From Perna viridis (Eukaryota): 64,000 nucleotides of DNA. Under the pieces are notes generated by a model. It saw only the letters and a list, made by a program, of their open reading frames with translations. It did no database searches and was not told where the DNA came from. The DNA lies in assembly GCA_037379345.1 (NCBI GenBank), contig CM074521.1, positions 25,816,704 to 25,880,703 on the forward strand, read 5' to 3'. Both the position numbers and the translations under genes were made by a program. Positions within the stretch are counted from its first letter, which is position 1; each line of letters opens with the position of its first letter. Shown here piece by piece: positions 63,801-64,000 of this stretch.

Positions 63801-64000
63801 ACTACAAGTGGCACTGAACAAACAACACCAGGAACAGGTCCTACAACTGTAGGCACTGGTCCAACTACATCAGCAGGTACTGGTCCAACACCAACTGAAA
63901 CTGGACCTGCAACAACAGGAACTGGAGCAACTACAGCAGTAACTGGTACCACTCCAACTGGCACTGGACCAACAACAGCTGGTACTGGACCAACAACTGC
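24825..64000 (+). CDS. Gene B (5' end unresolved, runs off the window): giant mucin-like protein with an F5/8C (discoidin) domain, acidic two-Cys domains and Thr/Gly/Pro repeat exons
   Basis: Phase-consistent exons: 24825-24860, 25198-25484, 27192-27333, 29011-29363, 29650-29785, 31710-31838, 32107-32883, 33181-42189, 42485-44347, 44644-45696, 45989-~46537, 46984-47282, 47848-47980, 48587-49921, 56235-56506, 60628-60778, 62584 to beyond 64000. About 17.9 kb coding. Confidence 0.85.
25198..25484 (+). CDS. Gene B exon: F5/8 type C (discoidin) domain N-part
   Basis: FC...SS...AWTP...PFVTVVF...VSAILIQG...FMKQFKV..W; phase 1 to 0. Confidence 0.88.
27192..27333 (+). CDS. Gene B exon: F5/8 type C domain C-part
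   Basis: [10 protein letters not shown]....LPSP....IQIIP......[10 protein letters not shown] matches the FA58C C-terminal consensus; phase 0 to 1. Confidence 0.9.
27524..28523. mobile_element. Non-autonomous long-TIR DNA transposon (P-element/hAT-like), 1000 bp, with 8-bp TSD GTTGAACT
   Basis: Ends CACAGGGACTTGAGGTC... / ...GACCTCAAGTCCCTATG; about 300-bp imperfect TIRs; GTTGAACT at 27516-27523 and 28524-28531. Confidence 0.88.
28832..28937 (+). pseudogene. Degenerate duplicate Thr-rich exon lacking an in-phase donor
   Basis: cag|TC AAA ACA ACC...TPPTVTTA is similar to the start of exon 29011; the GT at its end (CT|gtattc) is phase 2. Confidence 0.45.
29011..29363 (+). CDS. Gene B exon: Thr linker plus acidic two-Cys domain N-half (CEEVDIMD...YDEDGNPST)
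   Basis: Clear paralog of exon 332-651; |gtgagt; phase 1 to 0. Confidence 0.88.
29650..29785 (+). CDS. Gene B exon: acidic domain C-half (HTLNPDTT...DLVICEKP)
   Basis: tag|CAT; G|gtgggt; phase 0 to 1. Confidence 0.85.
31076..31451. mobile_element. Palindrome-containing non-autonomous element
   Basis: Imperfect hairpin of about 175 bp (31076-31250), plus an inverted pair tattatatagat / atctatataata (~31249, ~31439). Confidence 0.55.
31710..31838 (+). CDS. Gene B exon: truncated PTS cassette (3' constant part only)
   Basis: cag|TA TCG ACT...ACA GCC G|gtgaga; matches the 3' end of the cassette exons. Confidence 0.75.
32107..32883 (+). CDS. Gene B PTS cassette exon 1 (777 nt)
   Basis: aag|CA TCA ACT ACA...GCC G|gtgaga; open Thr/Gly/Pro frame. 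Confidence 0.85.
33181..42189 (+). CDS. Gene B PTS cassette exon 2 (9009 nt, about 3003 aa of Thr/Gly/Pro/Ala repeats)
   Basis: Same cassette ends; frame agrees with ORF 35928..42233; 22-aa unit [22 protein letters not shown]. Confidence 0.88.
42485..44347 (+). CDS. Gene B PTS cassette exon 3 (1863 nt)
   Basis: Same acceptor and donor context; phase 1-1. Confidence 0.85.
44644..45696 (+). CDS. Gene B PTS cassette exon 4 (1053 nt)
   Basis: Same acceptor and donor context; phase 1-1. Confidence 0.85.
45989..46537 (+). CDS. Gene B PTS cassette exon 5 (divergent, unique 3' end; donor uncertain)
   Basis: aag|CA TCA ACA ACA; donor either GCAG|gtactg (46537) or GAAA|gtagaa (46555). Confidence 0.72.
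46611..46710 (+). mobile_element. tRNA-derived SINE-like head (degenerate)
   Basis: A-box-like TGGCCGGGTGATCTAGGGCAC and B-box-like GAGTTCGAGTACC; no intact cloverleaf. Confidence 0.4.
46984..47282 (+). CDS. Gene B exon: acidic two-Cys domain N-half ([10 protein letters not shown]...PTQIGG)
   Basis: cag|TA ACT; GGT|gtaagt; phase 1 to 0. Confidence 0.87.
47848..47980 (+). CDS. Gene B exon: acidic domain C-half ([10 protein letters not shown]...[10 protein letters not shown])
   Basis: tag|GTA; G|gtatgt; phase 0 to 1. Confidence 0.87.
48587..49921 (+). CDS. Gene B exon: near-perfect heptad repeat (GVTTGPT)n, 21-bp unit
   Basis: tag|GT CCA; ACT G|gtactc; matches ORF 48673..49962. Confidence 0.87.
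50374..50836. mobile_element. 463-bp Kolobok-like non-autonomous element or solo LTDR, with ATAA TSD
   Basis: TIRs GGTACCAGTATCGTATT / AATACGATACTGAGACC; ATAA on both flanks. Confidence 0.65.
51569..54725. mobile_element. KolobokP-like non-autonomous array: LTDR(467)-internal-LTDR-internal-LTDR, period 1341 bp
   Basis: A units at 51573-52039, 52914-53380 and 54255-54721, each with TIRs GGCTAAAAACCACTAATTC / GAATT(G/A)GTGGTCTGTAACC. Each is preceded by TTAA and followed by TAAA or TTTA. Copies are nearly identical. Confidence 0.8.
55293..55888. repeat. Degenerate ~31-34 bp minisatellite ending in a MITE-like terminus
   Basis: Repeated gattattca.ggt....ttagacaggttctc; ends gacaggttttactgta. 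Confidence 0.65.
56235..56506 (+). CDS. Gene B exon: discoidin-like/acidic two-Cys domain N-half (CEHPQTID...[12 protein letters not shown])
   Basis: cag|TT GCA TGT; ACA|gtgagt; phase 1 to 0; retains the WxP motif (SSWIPG). Confidence 0.85.
57468..57580 (-). repeat. Three tandem 38-bp copies of the Penelope-like element terminus
   Basis: taa(t/c)caagggaaccaaggttatagcggt(a/t)atcaaagag x3; approximately the reverse complement of 6601-6640. Confidence 0.7.
58206..58605. mobile_element. TTAA-flanked MITE, same family as 9198-9514
   Basis: TIRs ttaagtac...taagaatcaggcaaaatgtg / cacattttgtctgattctta...gtacttaa. Confidence 0.72.
60628..60778 (+). CDS. Gene B exon: domain C-half ([11 protein letters not shown]...VSVETCLKP)
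   Basis: cag|AAA; CCA G|gtaatg; phase 0 to 1; CxKP end like the other copies. Confidence 0.87.
60850..61200. repeat. Degenerate interspersed repeat, possibly Helentron/HINE-like
   Basis: ttagcacatctgagc...gtgagctattgccatcactt...aaccaaatttgg...aaaaacatggctgc; resembles bivalve HINE cores from memory only. Confidence 0.35.
61962..62241. repeat. CATATG-rich MITE-like element inserted in another repeat
   Basis: Many palindromic catatgat(a/t)atcatatg motifs; ends gctcatttggctgtgta. Confidence 0.55.
62584..64000 (+). CDS. Gene B exon: Thr/Gly/Pro heptad repeats (TGPTTAG-like), runs off the window
   Basis: cag|CA TTC ATT CCT...; open frame; contains [17 protein letters not shown]. Confidence 0.87.

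Overview
AT-rich eukaryotic genomic DNA with spliceosomal GT-AG introns. The repeat content suggests a marine invertebrate, probably a bivalve mollusc; this is inference. The window holds two tandem + strand genes for giant secreted mucin/SCO-spondin-like glycoproteins. Gene A (332-16282) is the 3' part of a gene: 21 exons that I joined by hand in consistent phase, about 1010 aa. It encodes an acidic two-Cys domain, Thr-rich linkers, six TSP1 repeats, two TIL and four VWC/FnI-like modules, and an 11-Cys C-terminal cystine knot. Gene B (about 24825 to beyond 64000) gives about 6000 aa in the window, and I found no clear start or signal-peptide exon. It encodes an F5/8 type C (discoidin) domain, three more copies of the acidic two-Cys domain and very long Thr/Gly/Pro repeat exons. 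These include a tandem array of near-identical phase 1-1 intron+exon cassettes, one of which has a 9009-nt exon. The introns carry Penelope-like RT remnants, a 1000-bp long-TIR element with an 8-bp TSD, a KolobokP-like LTDR-internal-LTDR-internal-LTDR array and several MITEs. The long minus-strand Val/Pro/Gly ORFs are shadows of the repeats. All domain and family calls come from reading motifs by eye; no database search was run.
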